DNA of 64,000 nt from Octopus sinensis (taxonomy: Eukaryota): the NCBI RefSeq assembly GCF_006345805.1, contig NC_043005.1, forward strand, positions 52,080,001 through 52,144,000, in the 5' to 3' direction. The stretch's first letter is position 1. Each line of letters opens with the position of its first letter. Under the pieces are notes generated by a model. It saw nothing but the letters and a program-made list of their open reading frames with translations. It did no database searches and was not told the DNA's origin. Shown in pieces: positions 40,920 to 55,529 of this stretch. Made by a program: the position numbers and the translations under genes.

Positions 40920-41293
40920 TTGTGTATCTGTGTTTGTCCTCCCACCATCATTTCACAACCGATGTTGGTGTGTTAACGTCCCCGTAACTTAGCGGTTCGG
41001 CAAAACAGCCCCATAGAATAACTACTAGAATCAAAGAAGAGAATAATAAGACCTAGGGTCGATTTGTTCGACTAAAGGTGGTGCTCCAGCATGGCCGCAG
41101 TCAAATGACTGAAACAAATAAAAGAAAAGAATAAGAGAATATATAGCTTGTTTACCAGCCACATGGTTCCGGGTTCAGTCCCACTGCGTGGCACCTTGGG
41201 CAAGTGTCTTCTACTATAGCCTCGAGCCGACCAAAACCTTGTGATTGGATTTGGTAGACGGAAAATGAAAGAAGCCCGTCGTATATATGTATA

Positions 41294-41333
<40 letters not shown>

Positions 41334-41556
41334 TGTGTGTGTGTTTGTGTGAGTGTGTTTGTCCCCCTAGCATTGCTTGACAACCGATGCTGGTGTGTTT
41401 ATGTCCCCGTTACTTAGCGGTTCGGCAAAAGAGACCGATAGAATAAGTACTGGGCTTACAAAAGAATAAGTCCCGGTGTCGAGTTGCTCGATTAAAGGCG
41501 GTGCTCCAGCATGGCCGCAGTCAAATGACTGAAACAAGTAAAAGAGTAAAAGAGTA

Positions 41557-41560
<4 letters not shown>
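40700..41560 (+). mobile_element. Two tandem SINE family B copies
   Basis: Copies at ~40700-41130 and ~41145-41560. Confidence 0.85.
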
Positions 41561-41625
<65 letters not shown>

Positions 41626-42309
41626 TGTTTGTGTATGTATGCGGTGTGCGCGTATGACTGCGTGGTTGGAGGTTTCCGTCTCAGCTTCATGGTTCCGGAT
41701 TTAGTCTTAAAGCTTGCCACCTTGGGCAAGCGCATTCTGCTATAGGTCTGGGCCGACGAAAACCTGTACGTGTGTGTGTTTGTGCGTGCGTGCATGTGTG
41801 TGTGTGTGTGTGTTTGTGTTTATCCTCCACCACCGATATGTTTACGACCCCGTAAGCCAGAGTTTCAGCAAAATAAACCGATAAGAAATGTACCATACTT
41901 AACAAAAACAGAAAAATATCTACTGGGGTCAATTTGTTCTACTAAAGTCTACAACGCGGTGCACCAGCAGACTCAAACAAGTAAAAGATAAAATATATAT
42001 ATATATGTATATATCTGCCTCTCTGTCTCCCGCTGTCTCCATTATCTTTCACTTATTCCATTATGCTGGGGCCATGCTGGGGCACCACCCTGAAGGGTTT
42101 AGGTGAACCAATCGATTCCAGGTACTGATTGTTTTGAAGTCCGATACTTATTCTACCGTACTCTTTCGCCAAAACGCTAAATTCCCACGTATGTAAACAA
42201 ACCGGCACCGGTTATCAAGCGATGGTGGTGGGGACATGCACAAACACTGACACACACACTCGAGCGCACATACAACTCAAGCGCACACACACACGTATGT
42301 GTGTGTATA

Positions 42310-42520
42310 TATCTCTTTTACTTGTTTCAGTCATTTGACTGCGGCCATGCTGGAGCACCGCCTTTAGTCGAGCAAATCGACCCCGGGACTTATTCTTTGT
42401 AAGCTCAGTACTTATTCTATCGGTCTCTTGTGCCGAACCGCTAAATGACGGTGACGTAAACACACCAGCATCGGTTGTCAAGCAATGCTAAGGGGACAAA
42501 CACAGACACACAAACACACT

Positions 42521-42569
<49 letters not shown>

Positions 42570-42735
42570 TACATATACGACAGGCTTCTTTCAGTTTCCG
42601 TCTACCAAATCCACTCACAAGGCATGGTCGGCCCGGGGCTATAGCAGAAGACACTTGCCCAAGATGCCACGCAGTTGGACTGAACCCGGAACCATGTGGT
42701 TGGAAAGCAAGCTACTTACCACACAGCCACTCCGT
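42310..42735 (-). mobile_element. SINE family B, well-preserved copy
   Basis: Reverse complement of the family B sequence. Other copies lie near 20050-20510(+), 27750-28125(-), 35040-35480(-), 37045-37415(+), 46280-46725(-) and 53735-54125(-). Confidence 0.85.
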
Positions 42736-43346
42736 AATTGACTGATGTACTATCACAGAGGTTCCGTCTACAAATTTCTCTCACGAGGCCCGGGGCTGTA
42801 GTTTGAAATGCCCTTACCCAGGGTGGCACGTAGAGGGACTGAACCTGAAGCTACACAACTGCAAAGCTAGCTTCTTAACTACACCTCCATGCCTATATGA
42901 GAGAGAAAAAAACCCATTAATTTATCTAGATTATATAAACACTTGTGGAAATATAAAAATGAAAGAAGCTTCGTGAAATTTAAATATCATATATTTTTCT
43001 ACACTTAGCACTTTACATCGCATCAATCTACATATTTTAAGCAACATTTATTCCAATTAATATAAATATTTTTTTCGAAATACATTAGGAATGAAGCTTC
43101 ACGCAAGAAATTTATTAGAGTACACAGTAAAAGAGATTCAATATTATGTAACTCAATACGGGCAGCGAGCTGGTAGAGTCGTCAGCACGCCGTGCGAAAC
43201 GCTGAGCCATACCTTGTCTGTCTCTATGTTCTGAGTTCAAATTCCACCTAGGTCGACTCTGTCTTTCATCCTTTTGGGATCGATAAATAAGTACTAGTTG
43301 AGTATTGGTACTTATTTTATGATATGCACACACATGCATATATCTA

Positions 43347-43397
<51 letters not shown>

Positions 43398-44133
43398 AGA
43401 AAGAGAAGGAGATATTTAAACAGGTAGGGAGAGAGACAGAGTGGAACGTCAAAATACTGCATGGCTAGTGATTTTTACGAAGAGAGGGAAAAACTTATGA
43501 ATTGCAAAATAATTTAACCGGTTCTATAAATGGCAACCTCATAATCTGGCACCAAATCACTGCTGGAACCTTCTGAGACTTAACAACAATTAAACAAAGG
43601 TCTGCTGGAGGAATTAACAGGTATAACTTGCCAAGATTGTGGCAAAATCGCCTACAATAATCCTGTGTTCTTTGACTTGCCATGTTTAAGAATTACAGTG
43701 TATCGCTGGAAATCCCTGATATTTAAGTTATATATTCTACTAGATGCTGAGTTTCTTCGATGTTGGTGTGTTTACGTCCCCGTAACTTAGCGGTTCGGCA
43801 AAACTAGACTTAAAGAAAAGAATAATAAGGCCTAGTGTCGATTTTTTCGATTAAAGGTGGTGCTCCAGCAAGGCTGCAGTCAAATGACTGAACCATGACT
43901 GAAGAATGTATATATTTATATATACATATAGGTGTGTGTGCGCGCGCGCGTATGACTGCGTGGTAAGAGGTTTCCTTCCCAGCTTCAACAAGCGGTGTTT
44001 GTTTGTTTATGACCCCGTACGTCAATGTTTCAGCAAAACAAACCGATTAGAAATGTACCAGACTTAACAAAAACAGAAAAAAATATCTACTGGGGTCGAT
44101 TTGAGCCGTTTTGGTACCAGCTCTCACAATATA

Positions 44134-44674
44134 CAATCGTAGCCAAAAGTTTGGAACAATTTTTTAAAAATTAAATTTGTCATGCCCAAGTACAATTCGA
44201 TTCTAATATAACTTTGGGCAGTTAATATATCTTTATATATAAAAGTAAGGTTGTTTGCTGTCTGTCTCCTACGATTTAGATTCCTAACTACTCCCACATT
44301 TTGCGGTGCAGTTTAACCAAAACCGGGTATCTTATATTCGTGATCCATATCGAGCTCTTCTGGGTATTAGCGCGCGTCTACGATGAGTCTACAATTTAAA
44401 AAAATATTTACCATCAATTTTTCCCATTTTTAATGCATTTTTGGCATATATAAGGGAAGTAACTCTCTAAAAATTTATCATTAAATCTCAGAACGTAAAA
44501 AGCTACAGTAACACCCACCCCCCTTGTGGTTAGCCATATTGAGATGGCTATTATACTTTACATCTCTGAAAATGCTTATATAGTTATTTCCCTTACAAAC
44601 CCGAGCAACGCCGGGCGATACTGCTAGTAAATTCTAATCTTCAGACATATGTTCCAAACTTTTGCCCAACGCTG
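44134..44674. mobile_element. Tc1-like MITE interrupted by a Helitron
   Basis: TIRs caatcgtagccaaaagtttggaaca and tgttccaaacttttgcccaacgctg, each flanked by TA. Confidence 0.7.
44230..44627 (+). mobile_element. Non-autonomous Helitron, same family as 28706-29093
   Basis: Same TC start, hairpin and CTAG end; nested in a Tc1-like MITE. Confidence 0.85.
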
Positions 44675-45204
44675 TAGAACATAAACAGTAAGGTGAAGTT
44701 CTGAGGTCCGAAGAGAACCCTGAACGAAACGCATGGGGCATGGGAACGAAGAACTTGAGACCAACTTTCGGTTAGTTTCTCCAAACGTAAGCTTTTGTGC
44801 TGAAATACATTTATCTTTTACCATTTACTTGTTTCAGTTATTGGACTGTGGCCATGCTGGGGCACCGCCTTGAAGGATTTAGTCGGACAAATCGACTCCG
44901 CTTCTTATTTATGTTTTGGTTTTAAACCTAGCACTTATTCTATCGATCTCTTTTGCCGAATTGCTATGTTGCGGGTATATAAACAAACCAATACCAGCTG
45001 TCAAGGAAGGTGAGGGGACAAGCAAAAATACAGAGATATACACACGCACACATACACAGACATATAGGAAGTAAATAGATATCTTTAATTTTCAAAATTT
45101 CTGATCTAAGCGTCTTGATATGTTTTCAGCGGAGTAGAATTTACAATGTAATTATTCTTTTTCATTCCAGGTACCATTATATTAAACATTTGCAAAGAGT
45201 AACC

Positions 45205-45586
45205 CTGCCACGCACAAAAAAAATCAGCAGAACTGTCAGATTTTCAAAGAGGTCGAATTCTTGGGCAATCTGAGGCTGGTCTTAGCCAGCGAAAAATTGC
45301 CGAAAATCTACAAATTCCTCTTGCTACTGTTACTAGAATTATAGTGCAGTTCAAAAGCCAAGGAAAAGAATCAACAGATTCTCGTCCCGGCCGACCTGGG
45401 CCCTCGGAAAGGAAGTTTCGCTGTTTGAAGAGAATTGTAGAAAACGAACCCCGTTCGAAGGTTTCTGATAGTGCAAAAGAGCTAGAAGTTAGTCCAAGAT
45501 CGTGTGTTACATATCTGCATAAGCTTGGGTATTATGGACGAGCAGCTGGAAGAAAACCTCTCCCTCAACCAATTAATATCGAATAA
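45205..45586 (+). pseudogene. Tc1-family transposase N-terminal fragment
   Basis: [38 protein letters not shown]...RPGRP...[10 protein letters not shown] (paired-like HTH and GRPR-like motif), truncated before the DDE domain. Confidence 0.85.
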
Positions 45587-48500
45587 AAGATTTTGAAAAT
45601 TAAAGGTGTCTATTTACTTCCTGCTTATCTGTGTATACTCAACCAGTTTCCATACAATTTCCGACTCCCAAATTCGCTCACTAGATATTAATCGGCTTGG
45701 GATTAACGCAGAAGACACTTTCGCAAGGTGCTGCAAAAAATACCTGAACTTGGACCGACGTGGTTGTAAAACATATAACCATGCCTACCCTCTTAAACAC
45801 ATAACCATGCCTACCCTCTTCTGTTTGTCTTTTTTTAATTATTCCTTAAAAATGTGTACCTTTCGACTTGATAATACAGCAAAGTTTTCTGGAAAAATAT
45901 TAGCTATGCACTTTGCGGAAAAGAAAATGGCTCAAATATGGTTCAAAATTACAAGCCTTTTGAACAAATAAGCCTTCAGAATGAACATGTAAAATAACAT
46001 GTCGTAATAGAGTCTATGAAATCTCTGCGTCATGGAGTCATCAGTTAATATTGATTCCAAATCTTGGCACAAGGCCAGCAATCTGTGAGGAGCGCGTAAG
46101 TCGATTACATCGCCCCCAGTGTTCAACTGGAACTTATTTAATCGACCCAGGAAAGATAGAAGGCAAAGTCATCCTCAGTGGAATTTGAACTCAGAACGTA
46201 AAAACGGGCGAAATGCCGGAATTGTATTAAAAAATTAGGAATTTTATCAAAAGATTAATTAACGTATTTTGTGTGTTCTTTTATTCCTTTATCTGTTTCA
46301 GTCAGTAGACTGCGCCCATACTGGAACACCGCTTTGAAGAACTATTAGAACTATTAGTCGAATGAATCGATCCCATAACTGTTTTTTTTATGACAGGCAC
46401 TTATTCTATCAGTCTCTTTTTAATGAATCGCTAAGTGAAGAGGTCGTAAACAAATCCACTCCGGTTGTCAAGCGGTGGCGGGGGACAAACACGGTTACAA
46501 GCACACACAAACACACAAATACGCACGCTGGTGCATACTCACACACAGATATATACGACGGGCTTCTTTCAGCTTTCGTCTACCAAATTAACTCACAAAT
46601 ATTTGGTCGGCCCGAGGCTATAGTAGAAGACACTTGCCCAAGACCCCACGCAATGGGGGGACTGAATCTGGAACCATGTGGTTTGGGAAACAAACTTCTA
46701 ATCACATGGCCATGCCTGCGCCTCTGTTGTAAAAGTATAAGCTATTTATTGTACATAAATTTTAAGAGCAGTCTTTTATGAACAATCAAGGGTATTATGG
46801 ACCGCGCTTGAGAACCACAGTTCTGGCAGATCGAGTGACTACACAGGGACGTTTTCTCTAGATTGAATGTGTTGTGGTAAATCCTGATATCAGAGTTGAT
46901 CTTCTTTGAGCTAATGACGAACATCAAAGAGGACAAAGGAAGAGAAACAATAATTATATTTATGGCTTAATCAAAGGAATAATGACAGCACCGTAATCTT
47001 TTCCTAGGGCTTCCTAGATTAGTGGAAGAAACTGGAGACTTGGTCTACATGTTGGTAACAAAGTGGCTTTTAGTAAGATAATATAGTAGTCAGACAATGG
47101 TGTTAAACTGGGAATAGATTAATTTTAAAACTCGGGAAAGATACATTCTATTGCACGCTTTCCCAAAGTTTCTGTCAATCTATTTTCATGCAGAAAGCCT
47201 ACGTATATAAAAAACTTGCTTAAGATTCCGCGCAGTGAAATTTAAAGGGCTGGTTTAAAAAACTCAGAATCTAAATTGCTAAAGCGTGTTATCCGACGCT
47301 CTTATAATGCCACCAATTCACCGTTATGGATTAGTACTTACTTTTATCGACTGGAAAGGATGAAAAGTAAATATGATCTTGTAAAAATTTGAACTCAGAA
47401 TGCCGGAACAAATCCTGCAAAGCCTCAGTGAGTCTTATGTTCAAACGCTCTTGACAATTCACCGCCTGAAGTTATATTACAAATAGGGTGCGCGGATGCT
47501 TTCCTACGAAACCGAACGCTTGGAGAAATTGGCAAGTGCTGGTATGTAATTACTGAACGACGACAGCTCGCTGAATAAAGTATTTATTCCAATGAAAGCA
47601 CCTGCACGGGGCACCTGCACTGGCCAATCGCAGTAATTATTTACAATTGATCTAAATTAATCTCAACTACACGAGAACTACATTTAGACTCAAAGTTTCA
47701 TTTTGATATTTATCTCTATTTGATAGAAATTATCTCTCATGGATTTTCTCGCAGTTCTGAATCAAAAAGCTGTACTGGTAACTTTACCAGCGCTAAATAT
47801 ATGAAGACATTGAATAATGTGGACCAATGTCTAAATAAGCCACATGGTCACAGCTGGAACGTCTTTGTTCACAAGCTTCAGTAGCCCTTACATCAATGAA
47901 GACTTAGTTTTTATAATTTAGTAGAATAGAAAAACCCACATGATATGCCAACCAGGATTCTTAGCAATCTAAATCAGAGTAGGAACCATTCTTTCGTTCA
48001 ACCCTATCCTGACAATACTTCGAATGAAATATATGGTCTTTGAATTTTGATTAATTTTAGAAAGAGAAAGCTATGTTTGTGGATTTGGTAAAAAAATAAC
48101 TTTGTTATTAATAATTCTGTAGTTGAAAAAAAAAATGAAAAACTTGGAATTATGACGAAACTGTCAGTTATAAATGAACGCTTCAACACACTGGGTTCTG
48201 TTTCATAGAAACAAGAGCATCTTCAGGTAAGTTCGTATCAAATGGATCGAACAACTAGAAGCATGGCCAGTTTGTGGTTGAGAAATATAAATCAAGTCTT
48301 TTCAGAGCAAGCTTCAAATATATAATGGATATTCATATAGTGGCCTAGTCTTGCTTTTTCACATGTCTATTTTTCGAGTTAGGTGATGTGCTGAAGATAA
48401 CAGCCAAATCTTTTTAAAATCATAATCAACTATCTTAAATAAAGTTGGGTATGCTGGATAAAGTAGTGGTATATAGAGAGTATTAGAATATAAAAGGGAT

Positions 48501-49430
48501 GATCATTGCTAGAGTTCCTTCTCCAACGAGACCACACCGCTTAGGCATAAACAACGAAGACAACGACAACAGCAAAAGCAGCAGCAACAGGAACGACCAC
48601 ACCGCTATAACAACAACAGCCATTTTTATGAACAGGGACTAGTTGTAGCTGTCAGCTACTTGACTCCATTTTAGTTAACAAAACCCATTCTTACCTAACC
48701 AGCTCTATACACTACCTACGTCTGTTCGTAGCTGTTATTATGAAAGCCTTCAGAGCGGATATATACATCCACTGATCGTTACTCCTTGCTATGCTACTCT
48801 GATTGAGACAATCCTAACTTGATTGTATAACAATACACTGATCTGTTGGTACTCTATTCCTAGCTACTGTAATGACAGCGAAGGAATGTGGTGTAGTTCA
48901 CTTTAATACCTAGGATCTTGGGAGTTATAAACAACGATAAAAAATACCTAGATAAATAGAAATATCAGATTTCAACAGCTGCCGTATACCATCTCAGCCG
49001 TAAGAACTATCTGCTGGAAGTTGGTTTTCGTCGTAATCCTAAAAACAAAGGTTAGAGAATTTTCCAAGCACTTCCTCATACCCAAAATTGTACTCTCGGG
49101 ACGGAATAGGTAACTGCCTTCCATGTTGACTGCATACATGACTGTGCAGTTGAAACGGATTGCCTAAGGAGGTGCTTCCGCTGAATTCACAGAGAACAAA
49201 GAACCTAGACTAGTATTCCGACAACACAGTCACGAAAACAAGCTCTGGAGAAAAACTCAGAGTGGAAACTTTCATGGACCTCCCTATATACCACACACAT
49301 ATATATAATATATATATATATAGATATATATATATATATATACATATATATACATATATACACACATATAATATATGTATATATATGTAAATACATACAA
49401 ATACACACACAACAAACTATATACATATAT

Positions 49431-49462
<32 letters not shown>

Positions 49463-50154
49463 GTATGTATATAGATGTGTGTACATATATGTATATATGT
49501 GTATCTTTCTCTCTTTTATATATATATATATTATATATATATATATGCGTGTGTGGTGTGTTCATACATAGCTGTATGCATACACAATACATAAATAAAT
49601 ACAAGCGACACCTACACAGCTGATTTCCTATAGAATAAAATCACGTGGCATGGGACTTACAGCAATTGTCACCTGCTACGATATATATGTGTGATTCTAT
49701 GCGCCAAGCGCCGATACGAGAGGATCTCTTAAGAGTAATAACGAAGTAATCCGTTCTTCTAAAAGCACGTCCATGTTAATTTGGATATATAGATTACCTT
49801 TTTTTATACTGCTACCGTTGCTAATAATTAATTTTAAATAATCCTGCTGGCTATTTGCGACATCAGTGTGTGAAAGGAGGTTGATATTCTATACATCGTA
49901 GCAGTGAGATTTGACTGACATGCCTACCACTGATGATTTCCAGTAGAATGAAATCACGGGATATGGGAGTTACGGCACCCATAACTCGTCATTCTCGACT
50001 ACTGCAGTCTATACGGGTGCTTTTGTGTACCAAGCTTCTACATGAGGGGAACTCTCAATCATAATAATGCAGTAATGGGAGATCTAACAAAGAATCTATG
50101 TTACGTTGGATGTAAAGATTACATTTTGATATTAATACTATTTCCATTGATGGT

Positions 50155-50156
50155 GA

Positions 50157-50211
<55 letters not shown>

Positions 50212-50212
50212 A

Positions 50213-50286
<74 letters not shown>

Positions 50287-50308
50287 CATCATTATTATTA
50301 TTATTATT
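50155..50308. repeat. (ATT)n microsatellite
   Basis: Directly visible. Confidence 0.95.
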
Positions 50309-50309
50309 C

Positions 50310-50800
50310 CTGGCAGAATTTTCTCTCGTCTGAGAAAAACCGAAGTATGTTCGGTTGGAGCGGATACTCGAGTTAGTTCAAAAGCTTCGTAGCGCGTCTT
50401 TCCCCTTGTCCTTGATAGCTTGGTATAAAAATTGGCTCCTTCTCTTCTTGTATGAGGAATATCGAATGTCTTCAAACACTACCTGCATAATAAGAAACTC
50501 AGACACTCTCATGGCCCTGGCGATGGACCTGATTGTCTTGGAGGGATTGTTGTCAATCATGGCCTGGTTCCCACCAACAAATTCACGAATTCTTTTCTTA
50601 TAAGAACCATTAGAGTGAGTTTTCCGAATTGCGTTACATTCGTAATCACTATTAGACTCATCCAAAGGTTTCCGAATCCCTTGGACAGTCCTCAGATTGA
50701 CACCCATAAACACTGAGATATTCGTATTGGAGATCCCGGCGCGAATGTCAAGCACTACAGCGTGTCGTTTCCAAATTTTTGGCAGAGTTACTTACATCAT
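50310..50800 (-). pseudogene. Tc1/mariner superfamily (DD37D/maT-like) transposase N-terminal fragment
   Basis: IDNNPSKTIRSIARAMRVSEFLIMQVVFEDIRYSSYKKRRSQFL (second HTH); no catalytic domain. Confidence 0.7.
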
Positions 50801-51004
50801 GGTAGTGTTTTTTTTTTACAGACAGTGCCCAACTGAACCTACTATACTATGTAGTTGACAAAATCAAAAAACAATCAGTGCGCATGCGTGAAATTAAAGA
50901 TATAGAGTGACGGCAATTTACTCATCGCATTCAGCATACATGCATACATACATACATACATACATACATACATACATACATACATACATAAATACATACA
51001 TACA

Positions 51005-51038
<34 letters not shown>

Positions 51039-51296
51039 ATATATATATGTATATACACATATATACACGGAAAATGGGCGTGTGTGTGTGTGTGTGTGCG
51101 TGTGTGTGTGTATAAGTTTGTTCCACACGTTTCACGTCAATAGACGGATGAAGATAGACGGAGAAGTACTTTGGTGTATGCAAGTATTTTATCTGACAAG
51201 AGTATACGTTCTTGTATGTGTATGTATGTGGGTGAGGGAGTAGAGAAACTTTAACAAACGTGTTTATCTATGCGTGTGCTTGTGTGTGTGTGTGTG

Positions 51297-51342
<46 letters not shown>

Positions 51343-51735
51343 AATATATATACATATATACGAGCACACGTATAGATAAACACGCTTGTTAAAGTATATA
51401 TGCGCATGGCGGTGTATTTGCGTGTAGGAGTGATTGTATGCGTGTGAATAACAATCTATATCGATTAGCATTGCAGGAGAAAGAGATCGACAAACAAATA
51501 TATAAATTATCGTGAATATTGGAGATTTTTGCCTACAGTGATACTGTGAACACAGTGTGACTTTATCGATATCTAGAGATGTCGCCAACACACGTACATA
51601 TGCAAAGATGCACATAGAAACGTACAAAAAGAGACATAGTCACAAATCGCACACACACACACACACACTAACACATACACACACGAATACATACGGAATT
51701 ACAAAGATACACAGATACACAGATACACATGCATC

Positions 51736-51783
<48 letters not shown>

Positions 51784-51972
51784 CTCAAGCACACAAGTAC
51801 ACATATGCAGTGAAAGCCGCTTATTGCAATCATTTTTCAATGAAATTTGTCTATCTTGATTACAACGATTCTCTGCTACAAGGAGAAAAGACTTCGATAA
51901 CAATAACCGGTGAATAATGTTCTGTGTGATTTCAATAAAAGGCTTCCACAGCGTTCATATATATATGAACGC

Positions 51973-52044
<72 letters not shown>

Positions 52045-52106
52045 AAGATAGATAGATAGATAGATAGATGATAGATAGATAGATAGTAGATAGATAGATA
52101 GATAGA

Positions 52107-52145
<39 letters not shown>

Positions 52146-52283
52146 TGTGTGTCTGTGAAACTACTTACCCGCTTCTCACCCTCCCTCCGTTACTCTCTCC
52201 CTCTTTATATATGAATATACATATGTACGTACGTATGCATAGTTATATTTATATAACTATCTGTTACGTATGTGTGTGTATGT

Positions 52284-52348
<65 letters not shown>

Positions 52349-52636
52349 TATATACTTACCTACAAACATAGATACATTTATACACACACACAAACACTCA
52401 CATATATTGCACTAAAATACGTGATGTAGTAGACCAAGAACTGTTCAATAATTTAATTGCCCAGTTATTCTCATAAAACAATTTAGAGTTTTTAACACAA
52501 CCTCTGTATAAACTTCAACAGATGTATTCTAACACATATGACAGCAACGGTTAAACTTAGCGCCACTGATGAAACGTAATAACGCCAAAACGTGTCGAGA
52601 GTTGTCTGTGGATGAAATATACATACATACATATAT

Positions 52637-52739
<103 letters not shown>

Positions 52740-53047
52740 GGGTTTTTCATAGTTGTGGTAAATTTACTATGTATTCAGATTTGAGTTTAAACAGCTCTTT
52801 AACCTGTGCAATACAGGTTTCAGGCAGACCAAAGCCGTGTGAGTGGATACCTTAGGCAGAAACTAAAAGAAAATCATCATATATATATATACAAACACAA
52901 ACTTACACACATATGTATATGCCCAATATATATATAAGTATATATACATACATACATACAGATATATATGTTTTTTCAAAATGTAACCAGATGTGAATCG
53001 TTTGCGATTTTTTTCCTCCGTCTTACTTTCCTATTGGATTTTTCTCT

Positions 53048-53082
53048 GTTTCTGAAGAAGATCTTTGCTCGAAACGTTAAAC
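53048..53082 (+). ncRNA. Minimal hammerhead ribozyme in a ~210-bp cassette (~52975-53185)
   Basis: GTTT CTGAAGA A GATC-TTT-GCTC GAAAC GT T AAAC: canonical CUGANGA/GAAA core, 4-bp stem I, one mismatch in stem II. Confidence 0.7.
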
Positions 53083-53182
53083 CATTTTTCCTTCCTTTCC
53101 TGAGTCTCTGTTAATACTTTACATGCTTCACGTTGTTTTTTTCTTTTCTTTTCTGTTTTTTCTTCGTTTTACCAGGATTTAC

Positions 53183-53214
<32 letters not shown>

Positions 53215-54939
53215 TGTATGTATAGGTGTAGGAGCATTCCGTCTATTACGACGATGGGAGCCCCAGCTGATTCGATCGACGGAACAGCCTGCTCGTGAAA
53301 TTAACGTGCAAGTGGTTGAGCACCCCACGGACACGTATACCCTTAACGCAGTTCTCAGAAAAATTCAGCGTGACAAGGCTGGCCCTTTGAAATACAGGTA
53401 CTATTCATTTTTGCCAGCAATATTATATATGCATATATCTCTAAGGGTGTGTGTGTGTATGTATGGTTATGTTAGCTCATCCCCTCGCTTAAAGGCAGTG
53501 TTGGTGTGCTTACACACCCGTAACTTAGCAAAAGACAAAAATAGCTTAAAGAACAGAGTTTAAAAAATTGGTACTGGGGTCGATTAAAACGTCATTTGAG
53601 TAAAACATCATCAAAGCGGTGCTCCAGTGTGTCCGCGGTTTAATGACAGAAACAAATAAAAGATAAAAATAAATACATGTATAAATACACATGCACGCAT
53701 ACATACAGACACATACATACACACGTGCGCATATATTCTTTTATTCTTTTCTTGTTGCTGTCATTTAAGTGCGGCCATGCTGGAGCACCGCCTTAAAAGG
53801 TTTTAGTCGAAGAAATCGCCCCCAGGTCTTATCCTTTGTAAGCCTAGTACTTAAGCTATCGTCCTCGTTTGCAGAACCGCTAAGTTACGGGGACGTAAAC
53901 ACACCAGCGTCGGTTGTCAAGCGACAGCAGAGGGACAAACACACACATACACACACCCACACACACATGATGGACTGCTTTCAGCTTCCGTCTACCGAAT
54001 CCACTCACAAGTCTTTGGTCGCCCCAAAGCTATAGTAGAAAAGATTTCCCCAAGGTGCCACGCAGTAGAACTGGGCACAAAATCATGTGATTGGGAAGCA
54101 AGGATCTTACCACACAGCCACCGTATATGGTGGATAAACATTCTTAATTTTGGATTAAAAAGGTAACCAAGCGTTTTATGCAATGAAGATAAAGGCAATC
54201 CACTTAAAAATGTTGGTAGCCTGTATGTTCTCATCGTGTATTCTCTAGTGGATCGCTTCAAGATTGTGGACATCATATTCCATATGAAACAATCGCTTGC
54301 CTTGTTAATCCGAAAATATAGATTTATTCATCAAATGTGGCATCGAGCACGTATTCTCAATATTCGATGACTTCGTATAAATGTATGTATATATATATAT
54401 ATAAAATCTATCTATCTATATTCTTTTATTCTTGTACTTGTTTCAGTCATTCAGGACTTATACTTTGTAAGCCTGGTACTTATTTTATCGGTTATGGGGA
54501 CGCAAACACACCAACATCGGTTGTCAAGTGAGGGTGGGGACACACATACAGACACAAAAACATACACACGCACACACATACATACGACGGGCTTCTTTCA
54601 TTTTCCGTCTACCATATCCACACACAAGGCTTTGGTCGGCCCGAGGCTATAGTAGAAATCACTTGTCCATATGTATATATATATATATAATGTCCGCTCT
54701 GTGTGTAGCCCCTTGTGGGCAGTAAAGAAATAAGAAACGTTAGCACACCGGGCGAAGTGCTTAGAGGTATTTCCTCTGCCGTTACCGCATATCGTCTGAG
54801 TTCAAATTCCTTCGAGGTCGACTTTGCCTTTCATCCTTTCGAGGTCGATTAAATAAGTTCCAGTAGCGCACTGGGGTCGAAGTAGTCGACTTAATCCCTC
54901 TGTCTGTTCTTGTACATGTAAGTGGTAAGAAGTAAGGAC

Positions 54940-55265
54940 CCAATTCAATCATGAATGACTATGTGACTGCGTCTAGAAATTTCCGCCCCTGTTCGAGGCA
55001 CAAGCACAGACAAGGTTCTTTATGGAAGACCTGTAGTCGCTCCCCTCTCTATGCAACCGATGTTATCCAAGGTAAAGGCAAAGGCCGTTATAGCTTGGCC
55101 CCAGTGAAGCCGCAATTTATTTCTGCAGCTGAGTGAATTAGAGCAACGCGAAATAGAGTGTCTTGCTCAAGAACACAATAAATACCACGGTCCTGGAATC
55201 GAACTCACATTCTTTTCTGATGATTAAGAGCCTGACGCACTAACCACTCAGACATACAGCTTCAC
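54940..55265 (-). mobile_element. Degenerate SINE (head A + a third tail)
   Basis: Head and cttgagcaagacact motif as in head A, followed by a different 3' region. Confidence 0.6.
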
Positions 55266-55529
55266 CATATACATATATATGAACATATATCAGGTTTCCG
55301 TAGTGTTTCTGTGTGTCAAATTTCCCAAAAGTCATTCATTGAGCGTAGGCTATTATTGAAGGCTTGAAATGGCGCGGTTTTACAGCATAGCTGTCTTAAC
55401 TATGCAGCCATGTGGTAAGAAGTTTGCTTTCCAAACACATGTTCCCGGGCGAGACTCAGCTACTATAGACTCAGGCCGACAAAGCCTTGTGAGTGGATTT
55501 TGTAAACGGAAATTTAAAGAAGCGGGGCG

